Positions 27,246 through 37,242 are shown, numbered from the stretch's first letter. The stretch is DNA of 64,000 bases from an uncultured Alphaproteobacteria bacterium (GCA_963732765.1 CAVTAS010000008.1:780311-844310), one strand, 5' to 3'. The notes: a model not told the origin generated them from the sequence alone. Numbers and translations: made by a program.

Positions 27246-28829
27246 TCACGGGGTCGCCGGCAGCCCCTTCAAAAACGCCTCCAGCGCCGCCGGCCCGCCG
27301 GGCAGTCCGGATATCCCGCCCGGTGGCGGCATCGGCTTGAGCGGTGCTTCACCCTTCAGTGAATGGATCAGCTTGGAAGTCGCAACGGCCTTCTGGTCGA
27401 TCCAGCCGCGTTGCACCAGTTTGGCCCAGACCGCTTGCGGGGAGGGCGCACGGAAATCCTCGTGGCATTGGCCGCAGGCGGGACCCAGGCGCTGGTTGAA
27501 CGCTGGCCAGGACGCGGGCGCGGAGGTGACGGCAATCGGCTCGGGCTTGCGGCGGCCATCGTTCGCCGCGCCCGCGCCGCTCAGCAACACCATGACAGTG
27601 CGGTTCTTGTCCTCGGTGAACCAGATCTGCCCCTCGATGCCGGCGCTGATAGAGACCGGCGCGCCGCGCGGACGCACACCGGGGCGCTCGTCCCACCCAT
27701 CCACCAGTTGGAACGGAAAGCCGGGCTGGGGCCCCCTGGGCGCGATCGGGCGTCCGTCTTTGGCGCGGTCGTAGGCGACGATGCGGTGGCCGGTCGAGCG
27801 ATAGCCATGCAGGCTGACGATCAGCTTGCCTTGCAAAGGCGGGAACATCGCGCCGCGATAATACATCATGCCGAGCGGGGCCGAATGGGCAGGTACCAGC
27901 ACGGCCGGGGCGGCGAATTTGGCGCAAGTCTTAAAGTAGCGCTCGTATCCAGGCACCACAGTATTGGCAGCGCAGTAGGGCCAGCCATAGTTAGCGCCCG
28001 GCGTGATCACGTTCAACTCTTCCGGCGGCAGATTTTCGGGCCGCAGATCGACATTGTTTTCGCCTTGTACGATCAGGCCCGAGACGTCGTTCACCGCCAG
28101 CGCCATGGAATTGCGCAGGCCCCATGCGATTGGCTTGAAGGACTTCTTCACGCCGCCCAGCTTGTCGAACTCCAGCAGCCAGAGCGCTGCTTCCGGACGC
28201 GCACTCTCTGCATCGGGGCAGGGAAACTGCACCGAGGCCAGTCGGTTTGGATTCGCCTCGCAACGGTCGCTGGACGCCCCGAAGTTCACCACCAGGTTGC
28301 CATCGGGCTTGAAGGCGAAAGTTTTCAGCGGATGCCGTCCCGCCCCCGGCAGGCCATCCAAAACGATCTCCTTGGCAATCTTGGCCGCCTTGGGATCGAA
28401 GCGCCAGATCACGGTCGCTTCGCCGATGTAGACCTTGCCGTCCGGGCCGAGTGCAAGGCCATGCGGGCGGTCGAGGCCGGAGAGCAGCGTGGTGACGATG
28501 CGGCTGCCGTCCTCGCCGAGGCGGATTTCAATGAGGCGGCCAAGGTGCTTGTCCCAGCCGCCCATGTCGATGACCAGCAGCCGGCGCGGGCTGACCTCGA
28601 TGACGCTGCGCGGCATGATGAGTTTGTCGGCGGGGCCAGCGACAATGCCCAGGCACGCCCACGGTGGCGTGGTGACCACGGCGCGCGGGAAGGGGCCGCA
28701 CTTGCCGTTGGCGACGTAGTCGGAGCCGAAAGCACCGGGGCCTGGCGAGGCGGCAAGGGCCGGCGAGATCGCAACAAAAGATAGCGTGACAAGCCCAAGC
28801 AGCCGCGCAAAACCATCAGCCAGACGCAT
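27246..28829 (-). CDS. Soluble PQQ-dependent sugar dehydrogenase (YliI/sorbosone dehydrogenase-like) with a C-terminal cytochrome c domain
   Basis: Signal peptide and beta-propeller glucose/sorbosone dehydrogenase profile. C-terminal CGQCHED haem-binding motif. Confidence 0.75.
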   Translation of the reverse strand: MRLADGFARLLGLVTLSFVAISPALAASPGPGAFGSDYVANGKCGPFPRAVVTTPPWACLGIVAGPADKLIMPRSVIEVSPRRLLVIDMGGWDKHLGRLIEIRLGEDGSRIVTTLLSGLDRPHGLALGPDGKVYIGEATVIWRFDPKAAKIAKEIVLDGLPGAGRHPLKTFAFKPDGNLVVNFGASSDRCEANPNRLASVQFPCPDAESARPEAALWLLEFDKLGGVKKSFKPIAWGLRNSMALAVNDVSGLIVQGENNVDLRPENLPPEELNVITPGANYGWPYCAANTVVPGYERYFKTCAKFAAPAVLVPAHSAPLGMMYYRGAMFPPLQGKLIVSLHGYRSTGHRIVAYDRAKDGRPIAPRGPQPGFPFQLVDGWDERPGVRPRGAPVSISAGIEGQIWFTEDKNRTVMVLLSGAGAANDGRRKPEPIAVTSAPASWPAFNQRLGPACGQCHEDFRAPSPQAVWAKLVQRGWIDQKAVATSKLIHSLKGEAPLKPMPPPGGISGLPGGPAALEAFLKGLPATP

Positions 28830-28859
28830 GATGCCAGTCACTCTCCGCAACAAAGCCCC

Positions 28860-29047
28860 GGGGACATGATGTTCATCTTCGCCCAAGAAGGTCTACGGGG
28901 ATTTGCGTGGCGTCTTGCCGCGAACATGAGCTTCGTGTCCCCAGCATGCGGACGCCCGCAAGACTGGGGACACCAAGTTCATCGGCGGCACGACGCCGGT
29001 TCCTGCAACAACGGCCAGCGACGGCCGCCGTTGAACATCATGTCCCC
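28860..29047. repeat. Family A MITE-like element, copy 2
   Basis: GGGGACATGATGTTCATC … GTTGAACATCATGTCCCC termini. Same inner palindromes as copy 1. The right end overlaps the surE stop codon. Confidence 0.65.
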
Positions 29048-29802
29048 AGCGCCTTGCGCAGGCCCGACATCGTCGCCTCATGGGTCAGATCGAGATGCAG
29101 CGGCGTCACCGAGATGTGCCCCTTGTGGATGGCCTCCAGGTCGGTGCCGGCACCCGGTGTCGCCCGATCGCGCGCCTCGTATCCGAGCCAGAAATAGCGT
29201 TGGCCGCGCCCGTCCATACGATCGACCACCGACCACAAGGCCTCTTCGTCCATGCATTGCCGGGTCACGACGGACGGCAATGTGGTCTCGGGCGTGCGGT
29301 CGGGGAAGTTGATGTTGATCAGCACATTTGCGGGCCAGCCCGCCGCCATCAGGCGCGTGACAAGAGCTGGGCCGTGCTTGACGGGCGTCTCCCAATGGGC
29401 TGCGGCGGCCGCCCGTCCCGGGAACGACAGGCTCATGGCGATCGACGGTACGCCCAACAGCGTACCCTCGATGGCGCCCGCAATGGTGCCGGAATAGGTG
29501 ACATCGGTGGCCGCGTTCTCGCCGTGGTTGACGCCCGAAAGTACCAGGTCCGGCTTCATCGGCATCAGGTGTTTGACGGCCATGATGACACAATCGGTTG
29601 GTGTGCCACGCACGGAATAGAGGCGTTCGCCCAGCGTTTTGCAACGCAGCGGCTCATGCAACGTGAGCGAATGGGCGGTGCCGGACTGGTCAGTCTCGGG
29701 CGCGACGCACCAGACGTCGTCGCTGAGGGCTGCCGCGATCTGCTGCAGCACGCCGAAGCCCGCCGCGTTGATGCCGTCGTCGTTGGTTAGTAGAATACGC
29801 AT
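29038..29802 (-). CDS. surE: 5'/3'-nucleotidase SurE
   Basis: MRILLTNDDGINA... ATG at 29802. Confidence 0.85.
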   Translation of the reverse strand: MRILLTNDDGINAAGFGVLQQIAAALSDDVWCVAPETDQSGTAHSLTLHEPLRCKTLGERLYSVRGTPTDCVIMAVKHLMPMKPDLVLSGVNHGENAATDVTYSGTIAGAIEGTLLGVPSIAMSLSFPGRAAAAAHWETPVKHGPALVTRLMAAGWPANVLININFPDRTPETTLPSVVTRQCMDEEALWSVVDRMDGRGQRYFWLGYEARDRATPGAGTDLEAIHKGHISVTPLHLDLTHEATMSGLRKALGT

Positions 29803-29976
29803 GTTGTAGAGTGTATCTGGTAAGGGCGCCCTTTTGAACCCCCGGCGACGCCGCATCGACAAACCGGCGTCAACCGATTGTTGATCCTGTTCCGCGACGG
29901 CGCCGGCTCAGGTAAGGTGCCTGGAACGGCTGTTGCGCTATACCCGACTTCGTGTTTCGAACCGGCAGGGGAAACC

Positions 29977-30528
29977 ATGGCCATTCTCGGAGTGATTGCC
30001 GCGCTGATCGGGGCGGTGAGTTTCGCGCTCTGGCGCCTCAATTCGGCGGCCGATGCTGTGCGCAATCTCAGCGGCGCCGCCGAAGATGCGCATGGTCTGT
30101 GGCGGCGGTTCACGTGGCGGCGCAAGCTCGCCAAAGACCGGCTGGAGTTGATCAAGGACCCGCGCGAAGCGGCCGCCGGCATGTTGGTGGCTGTGGCGCA
30201 GATGGACGGAGCACTGACGGCCGGCGAACAGGTGGCGCTGGTCGCCGAATTCCGCAAGACATTCGAGATGACAGAGCCTCAGGCGCAGGAGTTGTTGGCT
30301 CGCTCGCGCTGGTCGGTTGGCGAAGTCCGCGATCTTGACCGCTGCCTGTTCAAGCTCGGGCTGTTGCTGGACGTGGAGCAGAAACGCGACGCCCTTAACC
30401 TGATGGAGCGTACCGCCAGCCGTCGAAGGCGTGCCCAGCCCGTCGCTGCGGTCGTCGCTGGACAAATACGCCCGTACTTTGAAACCTTGAGACGGGAAGA
30501 TTTTACAACCGCCCCCGTTGTTGCCTAG
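29977..30528 (+). CDS. Membrane-anchored TerB-like (tellurite-resistance/DjlA-N-like) domain protein
   Basis: N-terminal TM segment MAILGVIAALIGAVSFALW, then DGALTAGEQVALVAEF…, a TerB-type helical motif. Confidence 0.5.
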   Translation: MAILGVIAALIGAVSFALWRLNSAADAVRNLSGAAEDAHGLWRRFTWRRKLAKDRLELIKDPREAAAGMLVAVAQMDGALTAGEQVALVAEFRKTFEMTEPQAQELLARSRWSVGEVRDLDRCLFKLGLLLDVEQKRDALNLMERTASRRRRAQPVAAVVAGQIRPYFETLRREDFTTAPVVA

Positions 30529-30560
30529 AGTGCGACAGGCAACTCATGGGGAGCTGACAC

Positions 30561-30857
30561 ATGAAAACATCTCTGAAGGTTTCGGCGCTGGTTGTGGCGA
30601 TGGTTCTCGGGGCACCGAGCGTTGAGGCGGCTTGCGTTACCAAAGGCGCAATCGCGACCTCGGGCGACGCCAAATCGGCCAAGTGGTTTGCGCTGGAGAC
30701 CATGGTGCAGGCGGTAAGCTGGGGCCTCTGGCCTGGGTTCGTCGCCACCAACAAGGTCGCCGGCTACAAGATCACCGGCGAGAAGTACAGCTGCAAGCCG
30801 GACGCCGGCGGCGTCACCTGCCAGGGCCGCGCGACGTTCTGCAAGACCAGCGGGTAA
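30561..30857 (+). CDS. Small secreted cysteine-containing hypothetical protein
   Basis: Signal peptide MKTSLKVSALVVAMVLGAPSVEA, followed by 4 Cys. Confidence 0.5.
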   Translation: MKTSLKVSALVVAMVLGAPSVEAACVTKGAIATSGDAKSAKWFALETMVQAVSWGLWPGFVATNKVAGYKITGEKYSCKPDAGGVTCQGRATFCKTSG

Positions 30858-30877
30858 TTTTCCGCACCAATCTGAGC

Positions 30878-30947
30878 CGTAGGGGCGGTTTGCGGCCGCC
30901 CTCGGGCAGCGGGTCCGTTGCACGAGGGCGGCCGCAAACCGCCCCTA
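30878..30947. repeat. Perfect 26-bp-stem hairpin, family D (GTAGGGGCG…CGCCCCTAC), copy 1. Possible terminator or REP element.
   Basis: GTAGGGGCGGTTTGCGGCCGCCCTCG-18 nt-CGAGGGCGGCCGCAAACCGCCCCTAC. No T-tract follows. Confidence 0.6.
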
Positions 30948-31091
30948 CCGACACCATGCGTGCGCACAGAACAGATTAGGTTTCCATTATCCAATCCCGT
31001 GCAAATACGCGCTTTCCCGGCCACCTCTCATTGTATCTCAACCTCCGCACCCCATATTCGGGGCACTGACACCATATCGGAGGGCTGACCC

Positions 31092-32909
31092 ATGCTTGGC
31101 GTGCTCCTGGGCTTTCTGGCGGTTCTGCTCGGACTCTGGCTCATGGTGTGGCGGCGGCGCGTTCCCGATCCCACCACATTGCCCGCAACCACCGGCAAGG
31201 GCGGCGAAATTCGGCCGAGCCCACTGTTAGGTTTGCTCGGCAACATCAGTCCACGCCTCATCGGCCTGCTCAGTCTGTTGACCGGCCTGTTCCTGCTGGC
31301 CCAGACCTCCTACGTCTTCGTCGACGGCAACAAGGTCGGTCACCTCAAGCGCATCTACGCCACCCAGCAGCTCGAACCCGGCCATGTGATTGCGCTGGGC
31401 AATCAGCAGGGCCCGCAGGCGCGCGTGCTGGGGCCGGGCTTCCACTTCCTGCCGCTGGTGCGTGTGCTTTATGAGATCGAGGAACTCGACCTGGTCGAGA
31501 TTCCGAACGGCCAGTACGGCGAGATCACCACCACCGACGGCGCGCCGATGCCCGAGGGTATGTTCATCGCGCCGCTGATCCCCGACGACAAGCTCGCTGG
31601 CATGCTGGACGCCGAGACCTACCTGACGCAGGGCGGCTATCGTGGCCCGCAGGAGACCGTGCTCAAGCCGGGCCTCTACCGCATCAATCGCTATCTGTTC
31701 AACGTCCGTACCCATCCCACTGAGACCTCGGCGACGCTCATTCCGGCCGGCAGCGTCGGCGTGGTCAAGAGCAACGTCACGCGGCCCGGCTCACATTGCG
31801 TCGAGCAGGAGGTGAAAGCCTCGGCCGAGCTTGGCATCGTCGGCGCGCTGTCGGTCCCGCTGGTTCCCACCGGCTGCACCGGCATCTGGCGCGAACCGCT
31901 GCTGCCGGGCGCCTACTACCTCAACCGCAACGCCTACGAAGTGACGCTGGTCGACACCCGCGTGCAGACCTGGGATTTCAAGGGCGGCTTCACCAAGCGC
32001 TTTATCGATCTCTCGGTCGACCAGCAGGGCAACATCAAGCAGAACGAGCGCTCCGAGGACCATCCTGCGCTCGACACAGCCGCCGACCGCGCGGTGTTCC
32101 TGAAGGTGGAAGGCTGGGACATCCCGCAGGAATTGCGCGTGCTGGTGCAGGTGAGCCCGAAGAACGCCCCGATCGTGGTCGGCGCCGTCGGCGGGCTGGA
32201 CGAGGTGCGCACGCGCATCCTCATCCCGGTCATCCGCTCGATCGTGCGCAATGTCGCCGGCTCGGAGCTGACGCTCAACGACCCCAAGGACCCGACCAAA
32301 AAGGTGCATCGTTCCACCCGCGCGCTCGACCTGATCGAGAACCGCGAGGCGCTTGAGCAGACCATCGAGGTGCTGGTGAAACGCGAAGGCCTGAAGGCGG
32401 GCGTCGATATCCAGCAGATCCGCCTCGGCGAGCCGGCCATCCCGCCCGAGCTGTTGGTATCGCGGCTGCGCGAGCAGCTGGCCGACCAGCTCTCCAAAGC
32501 TTACGAGCGCGAGACGGCCGCGCAGGTCAAACGCATCGAGACCGAGCAGGCGCGCTCTACCGCCAACGAGCAGACGCGCCTGGTGGAAAGCCAGATCGCC
32601 GTGAAGGTGGCCAACCAGCGCGAGGAAGAGCGGGCAGCCCTCGGCCGGGCCGAACGGCAGTATCTGGAAGCGCTGGCCACCGGCCAGAAGGCGCAAGCCG
32701 AAGTGCTGGGCCAGGACCGTGTGGCCATGCTGCAGGGCCTGGAAAAGATCCTGGCCTCGCTGGAGCGCAAGCCCGAACTGGTCGCGCTGGTCGGCAAACT
32801 GGTGCCGAACACGGTGGTCGGCGGCGGGAGCGGGCTTGAGGGCGCGGCCGCGATATTGGGCAACGCGCTGGGTGGCGGTGCAGCGGCCAAGACGGAGAAG
32901 GCGCCGTAG
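31092..32909 (+). CDS. Flotillin-like SPFH/band-7 protein (YqiK/FloT-like)
   Basis: N-terminal TM, SPFH domain and a long EA-rich coiled-coil C-terminus. Confidence 0.8.
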   Translation: MLGVLLGFLAVLLGLWLMVWRRRVPDPTTLPATTGKGGEIRPSPLLGLLGNISPRLIGLLSLLTGLFLLAQTSYVFVDGNKVGHLKRIYATQQLEPGHVIALGNQQGPQARVLGPGFHFLPLVRVLYEIEELDLVEIPNGQYGEITTTDGAPMPEGMFIAPLIPDDKLAGMLDAETYLTQGGYRGPQETVLKPGLYRINRYLFNVRTHPTETSATLIPAGSVGVVKSNVTRPGSHCVEQEVKASAELGIVGALSVPLVPTGCTGIWREPLLPGAYYLNRNAYEVTLVDTRVQTWDFKGGFTKRFIDLSVDQQGNIKQNERSEDHPALDTAADRAVFLKVEGWDIPQELRVLVQVSPKNAPIVVGAVGGLDEVRTRILIPVIRSIVRNVAGSELTLNDPKDPTKKVHRSTRALDLIENREALEQTIEVLVKREGLKAGVDIQQIRLGEPAIPPELLVSRLREQLADQLSKAYERETAAQVKRIETEQARSTANEQTRLVESQIAVKVANQREEERAALGRAERQYLEALATGQKAQAEVLGQDRVAMLQGLEKILASLERKPELVALVGKLVPNTVVGGGSGLEGAAAILGNALGGGAAAKTEKAP

Positions 32910-33001
32910 GGTGCAGTGCCAGCTGTTTCTTCACGCCGTATTGCATCGCCGGCGCCAGCCATCAACCCCGGTGGCGCAATACGGCTACGGCCTATTGCGC
33001 C

Positions 33002-33424
33002 CTACGGCGTTGCCTTGTCCTGCCAGTTGACCAGCAACAGTCCTTTGACGCGCTTGAACTCACTGACGTTGCGCGTCACAAGCGTCAGGCCACGATTAAG
33101 GGCCTGTCCCGCGATCAAAATGTCGTAGGGACCGATGGGTGTTCCGGCGAAGTCAAGGGTCGCGCGAATTCGGCCTGCACACGCTGCGTCCGTGTCGCTC
33201 AGCGCAATCACGTCCTTTACCAACTTAAGGAAGTCCTTGAGGTCAGCCTGCGCGGAATCTATTCGTGCGCTTTTGCCAATCCCATATTCCAGTTCGAATA
33301 AGACAATGCTGGGCACGACGATTGTGTTGCCCTTGCCGCGCGCCTTTTCGAACCTTTTGCGAACTTTCGCATCGCCCTTGATCGCGGCAATGATAACATT
33401 GGTGTCGAGCGCGAATGTGGTCAA
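33002..33424 (-). CDS. vapC: Type II toxin VapC (PIN-domain ribonuclease)
   Basis: [18 protein letters not shown]... PIN acidic residues present. Confidence 0.8.
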   Translation of the reverse strand: MTTFALDTNVIIAAIKGDAKVRKRFEKARGKGNTIVVPSIVLFELEYGIGKSARIDSAQADLKDFLKLVKDVIALSDTDAACAGRIRATLDFAGTPIGPYDILIAGQALNRGLTLVTRNVSEFKRVKGLLLVNWQDKATP

Positions 33425-33663
33425 TCGAACATATCCCCGGTCTCGTCATCGGGCATCGGCGGTTGGTTGCGCTCTAAATCGACCGGACCTCGGGCATCGA
33501 TGGCAGTCCAGATCTCGTCCAGGCTTTGAGGGATCGGCTCAAGCAACAGTCCACCCTCGACCGCGCGGATGCGCACTTCCTTTCCGGGCAAGCGGAATTG
33601 CTTGGGTAGCCGCACCGCCTGGCTGCGACCGCTCATGAAGATTTTTCCGGTGGCCGTGGGCAT
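33421..33663 (-). CDS. vapB: Type II antitoxin VapB (AbrB/MazE/SpoVT-like)
   Basis: ...[14 protein letters not shown]... 4-nt overlap with vapC. Confidence 0.7.
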   Translation of the reverse strand: MPTATGKIFMSGRSQAVRLPKQFRLPGKEVRIRAVEGGLLLEPIPQSLDEIWTAIDARGPVDLERNQPPMPDDETGDMFD

Positions 33664-33752
33664 GGAGCACCTCGCTGGATTTGGTAGTACCAGTGATATA
33701 TATCAAATCCAGCGCCGCCGGTCAAACCATCATGTTGCCGGCGGTCCTTGTC

Positions 33753-33968
33753 TTCTCCTCTCCCCCGTCTTCGGGGGAGAGGATGTCGCCCGAGCGCAAA
33801 GCGCGAGGAGAAAGCGACAGGTGAGGGGCAGGTGCATGCTCCGTACCGGTGGTGAGAAGGGTACGGAGCAAGTCCCTGCCCCTCACCGACCGCGTGGCTC
33901 TCCGCGCTGAAACGCGCTGCGAGACGCGGTCTCCTCTCCCCTCGCTGAAAAAGCGAGGGGAGAGGAGG
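33753..33968. repeat. Family B hairpin-capped palindromic element, copy 3 (reverse orientation, more diverged)
   Basis: CTCCTCTCCCCCGTCTTCGGGGGAGAGGA … TCCTCTCCCCTCGCTGAAAAAGCGAGGGGAGAGGAGG, with a central CAGGTGAGGGGCAGG/…CCCTCACCG palindrome. Confidence 0.65.
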
Positions 33969-33988
33969 TCCCGGCCGCGCCGGCTTTC

Positions 33989-35428
33989 TTACCCAATCAC
34001 CTTCAGGCCGCCCATGTAGGGCTGCAGCACGTCCGGAACCGCGACGGTGCCATCCGCCTGCTGATAGTTCTCCAGCACCGCGACCAGCGTGCGTCCGACG
34101 GCGAGGCCCGAGCCGTTCAGGGTATGCACGAAGCGGGTTTCTTTCGCTGCCTTGGCCTTGAAGCGTGCGCCCATGCGGCGGGCCTGGAAGTCGCCGCAGA
34201 CCGAGCAGGACGAGATCTCGCGATACGTGTTCTGGCCGGGCAGCCAAACCTCGATGTCGTAGGTCTTCTGGCTGCCAAAGCCCATGTCGCCGGTGCACAG
34301 CAGCATGGTGCGGTAGGCCAGGCCCAGGCGCTTCAGGACTTCCTCCGCGCACGCCGTCATGCGCTCGTGCTCTGCTTGGCTTTGCTCGGGCGTGGTGATG
34401 GAGACCAGTTCCACTTTGCTGAACTGGTGCATGCGGATCATGCCGCGCGTGTCGCGCCCGGCCGCCCCAGCCTCGGAGCGGAAGCACGGCGTCCAGGCGG
34501 TGAAGCGGAGGGGGAGTTCCTCCTCGTCGAGGATTCTTTCACGCACATAGTTGGTGAGCGGGACTTCGGCGGTGGGGACGAGATAAAATCGTTCCTCGGT
34601 ATTCTCAAAGTCCCATCCGTCTTCATCAAAATTGTCCATCAGGGCCTTAGCGAGCCCTTCCTTTGACCAGCCTTCCGGCAGGCCACCTGTCCGTATCGAA
34701 ATGGTCTCTGCAATCTTTTGCGTCAGACTGTTTGCGTTATCCTGAACCGGCTTAAACGCCTTAAAGAGATCGTTTTCAAACTTCGGCAGCTGCCCCGTCC
34801 CATACATCGCCTCGTCCCGCACCATCAGCGGCGGCACGAACTCCGTATACCCAAATTCCGTCGTATGCAGATCGAGCATGAAATTGCCGAGCGCTCGATC
34901 GAGCCGCGCCAACTGGCCTTTCAGGAACACGAAGCGCGCGCCCGACACTTTGCCGGCGGTCTCGAAGTCCATCAGCTTTAGGGCTTCGCCGATTTCGAAA
35001 TGCTGCTTGGGTTTGTTGGTGTGGGTGAGCTTGGGCGGCGTGCCGACTTTGCGCACCTCCTTGTTGCCGTGCTCGTCCTTGCCGTCGGGAACGTCTGGCA
35101 ACGGAATATTCGGGACGACTTCCAGGATCTTCTGGATTTTCGCGTCGACCTCGCGCTCCTGCTCCTCGCCCGCCGCGATGGTGTCCTTGATCGCGGCCAC
35201 CTCGGCCATCAGCTTGTCCGCTGTGGCGTTGTCCTTGGCTGCCTTGGCCTTGCCGATGTCCTTGGACGCAGCGTTGCGGCGGCTCTGGGCCTCTTGCAGC
35301 CCGGTGACAATGGCGCGGCGCTCTTCGTCGAGTTTCAGTAGCTCGGGCGACAATGGCGCGAGGCCGCGGCGCGCAAGGCCCGCATCGAAGGCGGCGGGGT
35401 TGTCGCGAATCCATTTGATGTCGTGCAT
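33989..35428 (-). CDS. serS: Serine--tRNA ligase
   Basis: [11 protein letters not shown]...; class II aaRS motifs. ATG at 35428. Confidence 0.9.
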   Translation of the reverse strand: MHDIKWIRDNPAAFDAGLARRGLAPLSPELLKLDEERRAIVTGLQEAQSRRNAASKDIGKAKAAKDNATADKLMAEVAAIKDTIAAGEEQEREVDAKIQKILEVVPNIPLPDVPDGKDEHGNKEVRKVGTPPKLTHTNKPKQHFEIGEALKLMDFETAGKVSGARFVFLKGQLARLDRALGNFMLDLHTTEFGYTEFVPPLMVRDEAMYGTGQLPKFENDLFKAFKPVQDNANSLTQKIAETISIRTGGLPEGWSKEGLAKALMDNFDEDGWDFENTEERFYLVPTAEVPLTNYVRERILDEEELPLRFTAWTPCFRSEAGAAGRDTRGMIRMHQFSKVELVSITTPEQSQAEHERMTACAEEVLKRLGLAYRTMLLCTGDMGFGSQKTYDIEVWLPGQNTYREISSCSVCGDFQARRMGARFKAKAAKETRFVHTLNGSGLAVGRTLVAVLENYQQADGTVAVPDVLQPYMGGLKVIG

Positions 35429-35550
35429 GGGAGATCTCCGCCTCGCCCGCTGGGGGAGGGTCATGTGAACGAAATTTCGCTGAGTTCTAACGAAAAGAGG
35501 TGTGCCCCGCCACCCTCTTTGGCCACGAACCCGAGCGCATCGGCTCTATC

Positions 35551-35687
35551 GCCTTCTCCCGTCGGGAGAAGGTGCCCGAGGGGCGGATGAGGGGATTGCG
35601 GCCAGTGTAAGTGTCGCAGCCGTGCCACATCCGCACTGCCAATCCCCTCATCCGGCGCAGTGCGCCACCTTCTCCCATTGGGAGAAG
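35551..35687. repeat. Hairpin-capped palindromic element related in architecture to family B (CCTTCTCCC-loop-GGGAGAAGG termini, central GATGAGGGGATTG/CAATCCCCTCATC)
   Basis: Two terminal hairpins at 35551-35571 and 35667-35687 flank a central palindrome. It lies between serS and tatC. Confidence 0.55.
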
Positions 35688-35706
35688 GAAGATTGCGGCG
35701 GGTGAC

Positions 35707-36609
35707 TCAGGCCGCATCCCGCTTAGCCTGGGCGATGGCGTTCTGCTGCTCGACCCATTTCACGGCCTGGATCGAGCCCTCGTAGAGCAGGATGGTGGGC
35801 AGCGCCATGGCGATCATGCTGAGCGGATCGGGCGGGGCCAGGATGGCTGCGACGCCCGTGATGGCGACATAGGCATAGCGCCATTGCCGGCGCAGCAAAT
35901 TGGCCGTTACCACGCCGGCGCGGGCCAGCAGCGTCAGGATCACCGGCAGCTGGAACATGATGCCGAAACCAATGATCAGCGTCATGATCAGGCCGAGGTA
36001 TTCGCTGACCTTGGCGGTCAGCTTGATCGCCACCTGGCCGTCGCCGCCGATCTGCTGCATGGACAGGAAGAACTTCATGGCCATCGGCATGGCGAGGAAA
36101 TAGACAAGGCCCGCCCCGATCAGGAACAGGATGGGCGTAGCGATCAGATAGGGCAGGAAGCCGGCGCGCTCGTTGCGATAGAGGCCGGGCGCCACGAACG
36201 CATAGATCTGCGAGGCGATGATCGGGAAAGCGAGGAAAATCGCCCCGAACAGCGCCAATTTCATCTTTGTGAAGAAGAATTCCTGCGGCGCGGTGTAGAT
36301 CAGCTCGATCGCGGTATCGGGCGCGGCGAGGGCAGCGTGGGTCGGATCGACCAGGCGATAGAGGGTATCGAACAGCGTCGTGTTGGTGGCGGCCTGCTGA
36401 TAGGGGTGCAGCAGCACGTTGTAGATCGGCTGGGCGAAGTAGAAGCAGATCACGAAGCCGACCAGGATCGCTGCGCAGGCCGTGAGCGTGCGCTTGCGCA
36501 GCTCGGACAGGTGATCGAGCAGCGGCGCGCGCGAGGCTTCGACCTCGTCCGCGCCCTCGGGGCGTGACGGATCGGACTTTGCCGGCAAATTGGTTGCGTC
36601 TTGAGCCAC
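35707..36609 (-). CDS. tatC: Twin-arginine translocase subunit TatC
   Basis: ...LSELRKR...; six-TM TatC profile. Confidence 0.85.
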   Translation of the reverse strand: MAQDATNLPAKSDPSRPEGADEVEASRAPLLDHLSELRKRTLTACAAILVGFVICFYFAQPIYNVLLHPYQQAATNTTLFDTLYRLVDPTHAALAAPDTAIELIYTAPQEFFFTKMKLALFGAIFLAFPIIASQIYAFVAPGLYRNERAGFLPYLIATPILFLIGAGLVYFLAMPMAMKFFLSMQQIGGDGQVAIKLTAKVSEYLGLIMTLIIGFGIMFQLPVILTLLARAGVVTANLLRRQWRYAYVAITGVAAILAPPDPLSMIAMALPTILLYEGSIQAVKWVEQQNAIAQAKRDAA

Positions 36610-36615
36610 GCTTGA

Positions 36616-37242
36616 TCAGCCTTCCGAACCGGCTTGCGAGCTGGCGGTCTTCTTCCAGGCGGCAGCCGCGCGCTGAGCCACCGATCCGCGGCCCGCACGC
36701 ACCACTTCGATGCCGTCCGAGCGCGGTCGGGCGCCGTTGAGGACGGGAGCGGCGGCCGTTGTGTCGCCCGCATCGGGCATCGCTGTGATCCTGGCAGGCT
36801 CGGAAGGCCGCGCGGGCGCTGCTGAGGTGTCGCGCACTGCGGCGGTCGTCGCCTCCTCGACCGGCAGCGATGTCGCCACCGAGGGGATGATCGAGCCGTT
36901 CGCACCGCTTGGGAACGTTGGCGACTTCGCCATGGCGGCGGACTCGGACGGCGTCTGAATGGTCCCCGAGCGCACCGCGTCCTGCAGTTTCCGCTCGGTC
37001 TCGGCCATCGATGCGGACTCCTCGATGCTCTTCATGTCCGCTTTGACGCTCTTCTGGATCTCGGCCAGCTCGCTCTCGCGCAGTGCCTCGTCAACCTGAC
37101 CACGGAACTCCGTCGCCATCTTGCGGGCCTGGCCGACATACTTGCCGATGTTGCGCAGCAGCGCCGGCAGATCCTTGGACGGCACCAGGATGATCGCAAC
37201 CAGGGCGAAAATCAGGAGGTGGCTCCAGCTGAAATCAAGCAT
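36616..37242 (-). CDS. tatB: Twin-arginine translocase subunit TatB
   Basis: MLDFSWSHLLIFALVAIILVPSKDLP... Confidence 0.8.
   Translation of the reverse strand: MLDFSWSHLLIFALVAIILVPSKDLPALLRNIGKYVGQARKMATEFRGQVDEALRESELAEIQKSVKADMKSIEESASMAETERKLQDAVRSGTIQTPSESAAMAKSPTFPSGANGSIIPSVATSLPVEEATTAAVRDTSAAPARPSEPARITAMPDAGDTTAAAPVLNGARPRSDGIEVVRAGRGSVAQRAAAAWKKTASSQAGSEG

Noticed and set aside
26671-27249. 192-aa and 176-aa minus-strand ORFs across the family B repeat
   Set aside because: They are repeat-derived and antisense to the acyl-CoA synthetase. The same peptide motifs appear at every repeat copy.
27363-28784. 473-aa + strand ORF
   Set aside because: It is antisense to the well-supported PQQ-dehydrogenase gene, with junk composition.
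33633-34487. 284-aa minus-strand ORF
   Set aside because: It runs through repeat copy 3 and then out of frame across the serS 3' end. It has Arg/Pro/Gly-rich junk composition.
35611-36567. 318-aa + strand ORF
   Set aside because: It is antisense to tatC.
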